NCBI GenBank assembly: GCA_012521935.1 | Contig: JAAYLJ010000014.1 | Coordinates: 1 to 37,753 of the forward strand | Length of the DNA: 37,753 nt | Direction of reading: 5' to 3' | Source: Campylobacteraceae bacterium | Lineage (GTDB): Bacteria; Campylobacterota; Campylobacteria; Campylobacterales; Campylobacteraceae | In this document: piece after piece, positions 27,808 through 35,677 of the stretch | Position numbering within the stretch: the first letter of the stretch is position 1 | Layout of the letters: every line of letters begins with the position of its first letter | Made by a program: the position numbers and the translations under genes | Notes under the pieces: model-generated | Told to the model about the DNA's origin: nothing | What the model saw: the letters and a program-made list of their open reading frames with translations, nothing else | The model's database searches: none

Positions 27808-28598
27808 TGGAAAGTGCCCCTTTTTAAGCTAATAAGTAAAGACTCTATTTTGCCAGAATTATTATTTTTTAAATACTCTTCTAAAGCCATAATCCCTTCA
27901 TCAGGAAGATTAAGCTTAGCTTTAGACATTGCAAAAATCATCCAGCTTTTTTCATTTTTAGGATTAATTTCATTAGCAGTAAGTGCCCATCTAAGCGCAT
28001 TTTGGTACTCATTATTTGCATAATACTCCTCAGCCACCATTAGTGCAAATATAACATTTCCAGTTGAATCAAATTTTTCTTTTAAATAGTTTATAGAATT
28101 TCTATCAACTGGCTGCATATCAATATGAATTTTTGGTCTATTTTCTACTACTATCGTATCTTCATTTTTAGGCTTACTACTCTTTTTTGCTACTGTTTCT
28201 TCTGGATTAGGTGCAACTTCTTTAGCTTCGTTAATCTCTTTTACCGCTACATCTTCTGGCTCAAGCGCAATCTCTTCAGTTTTTGGAGTGCTTAATTTAC
28301 TTACTGTTTTTGGTTTTGGAGTGTAAGTAGAGGGTGGCAGTGATTGGATTGAGAGTTTTGGCGGCTCATCAGCACTATTAACTAACTGCTGCTCTTCTTC
28401 TTTCAAAGGAGTTTGTTCTTTTTTAATTGTTAATTCATTTTTTTTATTATCAAAAGGCATGTATTGATAGGCTGAGTATATTAAACAAGGGGCAATAATC
28501 AAAACAAAAAGGGATAAAAATAGCTTCATTAGCCTTTTTAATTTCCACTTCTTCCATCTTTTTTCTAGTTCAAAAATATGTTCGGGACTAAGCATCAA
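27804..28598 (-). CDS. Bitopic membrane protein: short basic N-terminus, one TM, Pro/Lys/Glu-rich linker, C-terminal TPR-like domain
   Basis: 264 aa. TM span LFLSLFVLIIAPCLIYSAY, then about 110 aa of low-complexity P/K/E/T sequence. The C-terminus fits TPR periodicity (AEEYYANNEYQNALRWALTANEINPKNEKSWMIFAMS...). 11-nt overlap with the upstream AAA gene. Confidence 0.55.
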   Translation of the reverse strand: MMLSPEHIFELEKRWKKWKLKRLMKLFLSLFVLIIAPCLIYSAYQYMPFDNKKNELTIKKEQTPLKEEEQQLVNSADEPPKLSIQSLPPSTYTPKPKTVSKLSTPKTEEIALEPEDVAVKEINEAKEVAPNPEETVAKKSSKPKNEDTIVVENRPKIHIDMQPVDRNSINYLKEKFDSTGNVIFALMVAEEYYANNEYQNALRWALTANEINPKNEKSWMIFAMSKAKLNLPDEGIMALEEYLKNNNSGKIESLLISLKRGTFQ

Positions 28599-29403
28599 TT
28601 AGCCCTGAACTTATTGCTGCTAATTCAATATATTTTGTTTTTGCTACCTTATTATTTATCTTTGAAGGCTTGCTGTTTTCAAAATACTCATAAATTTCAA
28701 AAAATTTATGTAACAATTTATTCACTGTCCTTAAGTTTCCATTAGTTAGTTTACAAATATAGTTTAACTGCTTTTTTTTAAAAAAAGATAAAAACTCAAA
28801 AAACCCATGAAAAAGGAATTTTTTCTCTAAATATAGCCTTACTTCATCTGAATTAGAGTTTGGTAGTTCAATGGTTTCCCAAATTCTAGTTGTAAAGTAA
28901 TCTTTAGCTAACAACTCCTCTTTTTCAGTTTTATGAACTGTAAATAAAAATTTAAAGAGCCTAGTATCTGCCATTAATCTAATTTTTTCAATAAGCTCAT
29001 TTGGGTATAGCTGCGCTTCATCTAAAAGAACTGTTATGGCTATATTTACATCTGTTTCTTGATGATTTTTATAAAGTTTTAAAAAATGCTCATAACCATC
29101 TATTTTGGGGGCAGTTTCATTGAAGATAGATTCATACAAAGAGAGTAAAAACTGCTCTTCATCAAAAAAAGGTTGCGGGAAAAATATGATTGGTTGTTTG
29201 TTTTTTAAATCTTGATTTATTTTTCTTAAAAGATAGGTTTTGCCAGTACCAGGTTTGCCGTAAAAAAGTATCAGTTTTAGTGGTTTTTGTAGTGCTTGAA
29301 CTAGTGCTTCATAAGAGAGGGTAGATTTATCTAAATTGACATAGTCAAAAACCGTACCCTCAATAAAAATATTTTTAACATCACCATATCGATTTTTATT
29401 CAT
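28588..29403 (-). CDS. ctsP: ExeA/GspA-like P-loop AAA ATPase (Cts-type)
   Basis: Walker A GKPGTGKTYLL and Walker B-like VLLDEAQL. 271 aa with no TM span and no recognisable peptidoglycan-binding domain. Immediately downstream of the secretin gene. Confidence 0.7.
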   Translation of the reverse strand: MNKNRYGDVKNIFIEGTVFDYVNLDKSTLSYEALVQALQKPLKLILFYGKPGTGKTYLLRKINQDLKNKQPIIFFPQPFFDEEQFLLSLYESIFNETAPKIDGYEHFLKLYKNHQETDVNIAITVLLDEAQLYPNELIEKIRLMADTRLFKFLFTVHKTEKEELLAKDYFTTRIWETIELPNSNSDEVRLYLEKKFLFHGFFEFLSFFKKKQLNYICKLTNGNLRTVNKLLHKFFEIYEYFENSKPSKINNKVAKTKYIELAAISSGLIDA

Positions 29404-30883
29404 AGATAGATTTTGAAAACCCTAAATCTTTTAGTGTTTGCACATGTTTTGTCTCTGCTCCTATAATTCTTGGAGTTATAACAAAAACAAGTTCTGAACT
29501 TCTAGAGACATTTTTAGTACTTTTGAAAGCATGTCCTAAAATTGGTAAATCCCCAAGAAGAGGTACTTTAGTATTAGATAGTCCAGTAAAATTTTCAATC
29601 AAACCACCAAGAATGATAGTATCTCCACTTTTAACTTTTGCAACTGTAGAGAGTTTTTTCTCAGTAGTATCTGGCGCCATTACTCGCTCCTGTCTAGCGT
29701 CATCTTCTTCATACTTGAAGCTACTTATGGATGGATTTATTCTTAGCATTATATCATCATGATCTGAAATTTCAGGAAGAAGATTGAGTAAAACACCTAT
29801 AAAAACTGAATAGTTATTGTATGTAGTTGTTATATTGTCTCCATCGGACCTACTTGTGTCTTCTTGTACTCTATAATTTATATTATCTCCCACTGTAATT
29901 AGCGCTTGTTGGTTATTCATGGTTATAACTTTTGGACTAGAGAGTACTTTTGTTTCACCATTTGTTTTTAGAAAATTAATCAAGCCTTCCATAGAAAAAG
30001 TTAAGTTATTAACTATATTTATATTTTTAGTCCAGCTTTTTCCAGAGTTATCTCTTGTGCTTTGGAAAAAAGCAGTTGAAGGATCTAGTGGATTGCCATC
30101 TCTATCTAAATTAATCCCTAATTCAAACTTACTCCAATCAATCCCTGTTGTATGTCCTGAATCTAGCTCAACTGAGATAACTGATACATCAATCATAACT
30201 TGCTTATGAAGCCTCTCTTTTAAATCATCAAGATAAAGTTCAGCTCTTTTTAGTTGAGACTCTGTGCCAGTAATAGTAATAAGCCCAGCTTTTCTATTTA
30301 TGATAGGTGATTGGGCTTGATATGATTCAACTCCACTATTTAAAATAGAAGTTAACTCACTATCTAATGTTTCCCAAAAGTCAAACTCTTCAGAAACTCT
30401 AATCTCATTTTCTGACATAGTAGCAGTATCTCTTCTATCCCCATCTTCTATTGGGATGGCGGAAACAGAGGCATTTAAGATAGCAGTTCCTTGTCTGATG
30501 GAAGTTATATAATCAAGCCTATAAGTTTTAGTTTGAAGAGCAGAGACTCTTAGTATATTGTTTTCATATATGTAGTTAAGGTTATGTTCTTCTAATAAAA
30601 TGTCAAAGATTTCTCTTAAAGTTAAATCTTTTATATTAAACCCATTTAACTCTTCTCTTAGAGCGCTTGCAGCATATGGATCTTTGATGGCAACACTAAA
30701 GCCACACATGTCTGAAAACTGATTTACAACTTCTCTAATGGTAACTGATTCATTAATTTTCACACTAAAAATTCTATAATCACAGCTTTTTTCTACCTCA
30801 GCGTTAAGACTATTAACAAAAAATAGTAGTAAAAAAGCAAAGAGATAAAAAAGCTTATTTGGTAGAGATGATGACATTTTCAT
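29396..30883 (-). CDS. ctsD: Outer-membrane secretin (PilQ/GspD family, Cts-type)
   Basis: Signal peptide ...FFVNSLNA. Secretin domain strings NNQQALITVGDNINY, VPLLGDLPILGHAFKS, SELVFVITPRII. 495 aa. No AMIN-like N-terminal repeats and no lipobox. Confidence 0.9.
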   Translation of the reverse strand: MKMSSSLPNKLFYLFAFLLLFFVNSLNAEVEKSCDYRIFSVKINESVTIREVVNQFSDMCGFSVAIKDPYAASALREELNGFNIKDLTLREIFDILLEEHNLNYIYENNILRVSALQTKTYRLDYITSIRQGTAILNASVSAIPIEDGDRRDTATMSENEIRVSEEFDFWETLDSELTSILNSGVESYQAQSPIINRKAGLITITGTESQLKRAELYLDDLKERLHKQVMIDVSVISVELDSGHTTGIDWSKFELGINLDRDGNPLDPSTAFFQSTRDNSGKSWTKNINIVNNLTFSMEGLINFLKTNGETKVLSSPKVITMNNQQALITVGDNINYRVQEDTSRSDGDNITTTYNNYSVFIGVLLNLLPEISDHDDIMLRINPSISSFKYEEDDARQERVMAPDTTEKKLSTVAKVKSGDTIILGGLIENFTGLSNTKVPLLGDLPILGHAFKSTKNVSRSSELVFVITPRIIGAETKHVQTLKDLGFSKSIYE

Positions 30884-31295
30884 ATCCTTTATTAGATAAC
30901 TTTAAATTTAGTGAATTTTGCTGACCAACTAAGGTAGCACTATTTTGAGTAATTTTAGCTACGCGGTAACCATCTATATTTTCTCCAACTTTAAGCCAAG
31001 TTTTATTTATCTTAGCTCTATTTTCAATGACTGCGTAGAGTATGTATGATATTTTTTTAGGAGCAGCGTCGGAAGCTTTGCCCTCACCGTTACTTGCTTG
31101 AGATGGTTTAAATAAAAAAGGATCTTTAAGCTTTTGAAAACTACTTTTCTCTAGCCCAAATCTTTTTGTATTTATCGAATCAAATAAATTGTCATAAGCT
31201 TGCAAATTTTCTTCCATAGAAGAGTCTGCTTTTAGAGCTAAAGTAGCTAAAAGCAAGATCGATATATATTTTATTTTCAATATTTCATCCCCCAT
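30855..31295 (-). CDS. Small exported protein, PilP/GspC-HR-like (by position and topology)
   Basis: 146 aa. Signal-like ISILLLATLALKA. The beta-rich C-terminus YILYAVIENRAKINKTWLKVGENIDGYRVAKITQNSATLV resembles the PilP/GspC secretin-contact domain pattern. Directly upstream of the secretin gene (29-nt overlap). Confidence 0.45.
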   Translation of the reverse strand: MGDEILKIKYISILLLATLALKADSSMEENLQAYDNLFDSINTKRFGLEKSSFQKLKDPFLFKPSQASNGEGKASDAAPKKISYILYAVIENRAKINKTWLKVGENIDGYRVAKITQNSATLVGQQNSLNLKLSNKGYENVIISTK

Positions 31296-31915
31296 ACAGC
31301 TATTTTCATACTTCCATCTAATTTATCACTACTTACGATTTCTACCTCATAAATATCTACAACTAAACGATTTTCCTCTATAGTATTGATAAATTTTAAT
31401 ATATCTATAAATCTGCCACTAAAATCTAGCTCAATAGTCAATACTTGCTCGATTTTTTGAAGTGAAGGCTCTTTAAATTCATTGGAAATCTTTTTTAGAT
31501 TGATTCTATTCTCTTTGGCTAAAAAAGCTAAATTGTCTAAAAATAAAGACCAATTTTTGTCATTAAAAAGTAAATATGATAGATCTTTTAGCTTATTATC
31601 TACATAAGAGTTAGTATTTATTGTCTTTTCTAAATCAATTTTTGCTTGCTCTATCTCATTGTTAAACTTTGTAACATAGTAGTTTCTATCTCCATTTATG
31701 GCGATAGATTGCTCATAATTTTTCTCTTCTTTGTATTTTGCAAGAGTTTGTTTATGTTCATTTGAAGTTTTCTTCAAAAAATTAGTAGAAGAGTCAAAAC
31801 TGTAAGTATAGGTTAAAAAAGCTATAAGTACAGCAAATATTAAAATCAAAAGCCTCGCTTCATTTGGCTTTTTGCCATTTAAATACAGATCAATTTTTTC
31901 AAATATAGTTTCCAT
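31277..31915 (-). CDS. Bitopic protein, PilO/GspM-like (by position and topology)
   Basis: 212 aa. One N-terminal TM (ARLLILIFAVLIAFLTYTYSF), a coiled-coil segment, and a C-terminal alpha/beta-type region (LTIELDFSGRFIDILKFINTIEENRLVVDIYEVEI). It holds the third functional position in an M-N-O-P-Q ordered string. Confidence 0.5.
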   Translation of the reverse strand: METIFEKIDLYLNGKKPNEARLLILIFAVLIAFLTYTYSFDSSTNFLKKTSNEHKQTLAKYKEEKNYEQSIAINGDRNYYVTKFNNEIEQAKIDLEKTINTNSYVDNKLKDLSYLLFNDKNWSLFLDNLAFLAKENRINLKKISNEFKEPSLQKIEQVLTIELDFSGRFIDILKFINTIEENRLVVDIYEVEIVSSDKLDGSMKIAVWGMKY

Positions 31916-33445
31916 TTACTGCACCTTTACACTAACATCACTACTATAATAAGAGCTTTTATCCTCTTTGACTATCTCTTTAGTTGAAACTGAATATATC
32001 TCTTTGTGCGTAAAATCTTTTAATAATTCTGTAAGTTTTTTCTCATCTTTGCTAAGCAAAGAGAGAATTATTTTAGCCTTTTCAATCTCAATTTTTTCTA
32101 ATCTCACGCCTCTTTGGTTAGTTAGTGAAATTAAATCATTTAAAATTACACCCTTCATTGGATATTTATTCTTTTTATCATGAATTTCAACTAAAAGTTT
32201 TTTTCTAAAATCTAACTTCTCATTTTCAGCTTTTTTCTTTTCATTTAAGGTGGTTTTTTCTGCTTCTAGTTGAGAGAGTATCTCTTTTGTTTGATTATTT
32301 TTTTTATGCAACTCTATGTACTCATTGTAGATAGATTTTTGTTCAAATGAGAGATATGCCCCATAGCCAAATTGATAAGCAGGGTAGGCTATGGTTGCTA
32401 AAAAAGCAATCCCAGCAGCTATTAAAAGCTTACCACTTGCTCTTTTATTGAAAGCTGGAGGTCTTTTGTAAATGGTAAAATTGATACTATCATCAAACTC
32501 TTCAAGGTATGTTTGAGCAGTTAGTACCATTAGGATATGCATTTGATCTACATACCATTCTTTAGAGTTAATGGCGATATTAAAGTTAAAGTCATACGAT
32601 TCTAACCCAAGATATGTTTTAGAGTACTCTTCTATTCCGCTTATCGCGCCAATTTCACTACCTATATAAAATCTATCAATAGAGTCAATGGAGTAGCCTC
32701 TTTTTGCAAAAATTAAGACATCATTAATGTATAGAAAAACTTCTCCAAAAAGTTGCATTAAAAATTGCTGGTAGGTTGGGTTTGAAAGTTTCATCCCCTC
32801 ATTTGATAAAAGAGTATAAAAATCCTCTTCCTCAACTCTTTCGCCTAATAGTTCGCAAAATTTTTCACTAATCTCTTTGAGAGAGTATCTAAGTGGTTTT
32901 GAGTAAAGATATTTTCCATCTCTATATATAGCTAAAAATGAGTCATTTTTTTGAAGATAGACAAAACAGTGAGTACCACCTTTTTCTAATACATTTTTAC
33001 TATATAAAGCACCTAATAAAAATGGAGCAGTGGTGATGTAGTCTATATATTTTGTTTTTGTTCTAACAGATTCAAACTCTGTTTTAACTAAATTTGCGTC
33101 AATAGCAAAAACATTTAATAGCCTATTTGAAGTATTGTTAGCTTCTAGCTCAATAAATGAAATTTTATATTCAGTTCCAGTGTCTAAGCCTAGTTCATCA
33201 TAAGCCTTTATTTCTACTGCGTCTTGTAGATCTTCTTCTGGAATTGATCTACTAATTTCAAAAGAGGAGGTTATGACATCTCTAGCTTTAATGTAAGAGA
33301 CTACAAATTCGCTACTATGAGAAGATTTGCCTAGATTGTGGGGCTTTATCTCATTTCTAAAAAACTTATATGAGCGAGCCGACTGGGGATCAACTGTAAC
33401 AATGGATGTCAGTTTTTTTAATGAATTACTATTTTCCATACCCAA
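31916..33445 (-). CDS. PilM-PilN fusion / GspL-like protein (cytoplasmic actin-like domain + TM + periplasmic coiled coil)
   Basis: 509 aa. Residues 1 to about 335 are soluble with PilM-like strand patterns (THCFVYLQKNDSFLAIYRDGKYLYSKPLRYSLKEI; FYIGSEIGAISGIEEY). TM at about aa 339-364, then a Lys/Glu-rich coiled coil and a C-terminal domain. Start is TTG 33445 or ATG 33439. The call rests on topology and gene order. Confidence 0.5.
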   Translation of the reverse strand: MGMENSNSLKKLTSIVTVDPQSARSYKFFRNEIKPHNLGKSSHSSEFVVSYIKARDVITSSFEISRSIPEEDLQDAVEIKAYDELGLDTGTEYKISFIELEANNTSNRLLNVFAIDANLVKTEFESVRTKTKYIDYITTAPFLLGALYSKNVLEKGGTHCFVYLQKNDSFLAIYRDGKYLYSKPLRYSLKEISEKFCELLGERVEEEDFYTLLSNEGMKLSNPTYQQFLMQLFGEVFLYINDVLIFAKRGYSIDSIDRFYIGSEIGAISGIEEYSKTYLGLESYDFNFNIAINSKEWYVDQMHILMVLTAQTYLEEFDDSINFTIYKRPPAFNKRASGKLLIAAGIAFLATIAYPAYQFGYGAYLSFEQKSIYNEYIELHKKNNQTKEILSQLEAEKTTLNEKKKAENEKLDFRKKLLVEIHDKKNKYPMKGVILNDLISLTNQRGVRLEKIEIEKAKIILSLLSKDEKKLTELLKDFTHKEIYSVSTKEIVKEDKSSYYSSDVSVKVQ

Positions 33446-33474
33446 ACCTATTTGTGTATTTTAGACAAAATTAG

Positions 33475-34353
33475 CTATTCGTGATAGCCCATTTTTTTTA
33501 ACTGCTTAGTATCTTGAGTCCACCCTGGCTTAACTGCTACAAAAAGTTTAAGGAAAACCTTCTTCTTGATAAACTCTTCAATCAGAAGTCTCGCATGTTT
33601 TCCTATCCTGCTTATTGTTGTTCCAGATTTTCCTATTAGGATATTCTTTTGACTCGGTTTTTCGATTATTATTGTAGCATAAATTTTTTCTAAATCATAC
33701 ATTTCTTCAACTTTTTCAACTAAAACATCACTAACATAAGGGATTTCTTCGCTAGTTTTTTCAAAAATAGCTTCTCTAATAAATTCTCTATAAATCTCCC
33801 TTATAGGGGCGTTAGTTAAGTTTTCTGGATCATAAAGATGAGGATGAATTGGTAGATATTTTACTATCTCCTCAAGAATGGCTCTTTTAGTAATACTTTT
33901 TTTTGTAGAGGTAGGAATCAAAGCTTTAAAATGGTTTTGAAACTTTTCATACTCTTTTATCTTTTTTAAGATTTTTCCCTCATCATAAAGATCACTTTTT
34001 GTTAAAAGTAAAATATGAGGAGCTTTTGGATTTAACTCTAAAAACTGTTCATACTCTTTTGTTGAGTCAGTAATTGGGGCTAAAAAGAGGATTAAATCAC
34101 AATCTCCTATGGCTTTTAAAGCTTCTTGAAGCATAAATTGGTTTAATTTTTTCTCTTTTTTATGAAGCCCTGGAGTGTCAATTAGTATTATTTGATTATT
34201 TTCATGCATTAAAATAGCTAAAAATCTCTTTCTAGTTGCATTTGCTTTTTGAGAAACTAAAGCTAACTTTTCACCAACTAGCCAATTTATAAGCGTGCTT
34301 TTTCCAGCGTTTGGTTTGCCAATAATCGATACAAAGCCAGTTTTAGTGCTCAA
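33475..34353 (-). CDS. era: GTPase Era
   Basis: G1 GKPNAGKST, G3 DTPG, G4 TKSD, and a C-terminal KH domain. 292 aa. ATGA-type overlap with hslU. Confidence 0.93.
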   Translation of the reverse strand: MSTKTGFVSIIGKPNAGKSTLINWLVGEKLALVSQKANATRKRFLAILMHENNQIILIDTPGLHKKEKKLNQFMLQEALKAIGDCDLILFLAPITDSTKEYEQFLELNPKAPHILLLTKSDLYDEGKILKKIKEYEKFQNHFKALIPTSTKKSITKRAILEEIVKYLPIHPHLYDPENLTNAPIREIYREFIREAIFEKTSEEIPYVSDVLVEKVEEMYDLEKIYATIIIEKPSQKNILIGKSGTTISRIGKHARLLIEEFIKKKVFLKLFVAVKPGWTQDTKQLKKMGYHE

Positions 34354-35672
34354 AGAATATACCTTGCGCTATCCTCATCTTCTATGATTGAGTCTAGTTT
34401 TTCATGAATTATTTTTTTATCAATATGTAAGGTTGTGCCCTCATAATCTTTTGCGTTAAAGCTAATATCTTCAAGAGTTTTTTCTATGATGGTATGAAGT
34501 CTCCTAGCTCCAATATCTTCCATCTTTTCATTTGCTATTTGGGCGGTATGAGCTAGAGCCTTAATGGCTTCATCTTCAAAAACCAACTCAACTCCTTCGG
34601 TTTTTAAAAGAGCTTCATATTGCCTTAATAATGAGTGTTTTGGCTTAGTCAAAATCTGATACAAAACCTCTTCATTTAGACTCTCAAGCTCAACTCTTAA
34701 AGGAAATCTTCCTTGAAGTTCTGGGATTAAATCTGATGGTTTTGTTAAATGAAATGCCCCAGCAGCGATGAAAAGAATGTGATCAGTTTTAATCACTCCA
34801 TATTTTGTAGATACGGTTGAGCCTTCAACTATGGGTAAAAGATCCCTTTGAACCCCTTCTTTACTTGGATCTTGTCTATTTTGAGATCCAGATGAGACTG
34901 CTATTTTATCTATCTCATCAATGAAAATTATCCCACTTTCTTCTGCTTTTTTCAAAGCCTCACTTTTTATAAGCTCCATATCTAGCAATGCTTCAGATGC
35001 TTCAACTCTTAAAGCATCCTTTGCATCTTTAATTTTTAACTCTTTTTTAACTGGCTTATTTCCCATTCCTAAAATTTTTATAAAATTTTCTTGAACTTTT
35101 ACAACTTCAGGTGGTAAGTTTTCTGGAGATTCTTGGGTTGTTTGTCTAATCTCTACTTCAATTTTCAAATCATCCAAATCTCCATCTCTTAGTCTTTGTC
35201 TCATCTTATTTGAGCTAATTTCATAATCTCTTTGTTTTTCACTACTTGCACCTTTTGGAAGAGGGGGCAAAAGTCTTTCAATAATCTTATCTTCAACAAA
35301 GAAGTCAATATTTTTTCTATTTTTCTCTCTATACTCATTTTTAACTAAATTTAATGAAGCGTTTACTAAATCTCTAACCATTGATTCAACATCTCTTCCA
35401 ACAAACCCAACTTCAGTATATTTACTAGCTTCAACCTTTACAAAAGGAAGAGACATCATCTTTGCAAGTCTTCTTGCAATTTCAGTTTTACCAACACCTG
35501 TTGAGCCAATCATAAGTATATTTTTAGGGATAATCTCCTCTTGAAGCTCTTTTGGGAGCTGCATTCTTCGGCGTCTCTGTCTTAGAGCGACAGCTCTTAT
35601 TTTTTTAGCATCTTTTTGCCCAATGATATACTCATCTAAGTATTTAACTATCTCTTTTGGTGTTAAATTCAT
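34350..35672 (-). CDS. hslU: ATP-dependent protease ATPase subunit HslU
   Basis: LTPKEIVKYLDEYIIGQKDAKK N-terminus, Walker A GSTGVGKTEIARRLAK, Walker B IIFIDEIDK. 440 aa. Confidence 0.95.
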   Translation of the reverse strand: MNLTPKEIVKYLDEYIIGQKDAKKIRAVALRQRRRRMQLPKELQEEIIPKNILMIGSTGVGKTEIARRLAKMMSLPFVKVEASKYTEVGFVGRDVESMVRDLVNASLNLVKNEYREKNRKNIDFFVEDKIIERLLPPLPKGASSEKQRDYEISSNKMRQRLRDGDLDDLKIEVEIRQTTQESPENLPPEVVKVQENFIKILGMGNKPVKKELKIKDAKDALRVEASEALLDMELIKSEALKKAEESGIIFIDEIDKIAVSSGSQNRQDPSKEGVQRDLLPIVEGSTVSTKYGVIKTDHILFIAAGAFHLTKPSDLIPELQGRFPLRVELESLNEEVLYQILTKPKHSLLRQYEALLKTEGVELVFEDEAIKALAHTAQIANEKMEDIGARRLHTIIEKTLEDISFNAKDYEGTTLHIDKKIIHEKLDSIIEDEDSARYIL

Positions 35673-35677
35673 CTATT

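Noticed and set aside
28772-28786. T8A7 homopolymer pair inside the ExeA-like ATPase gene (encodes FFKKK), considered as a phase-variation slippage tract.
   Set aside because: Phase-variable tracts in Campylobacter are characteristically poly-G/C. A/T runs of 7-8 are common by chance in AT-rich coding sequence, and the reading frame is intact here.
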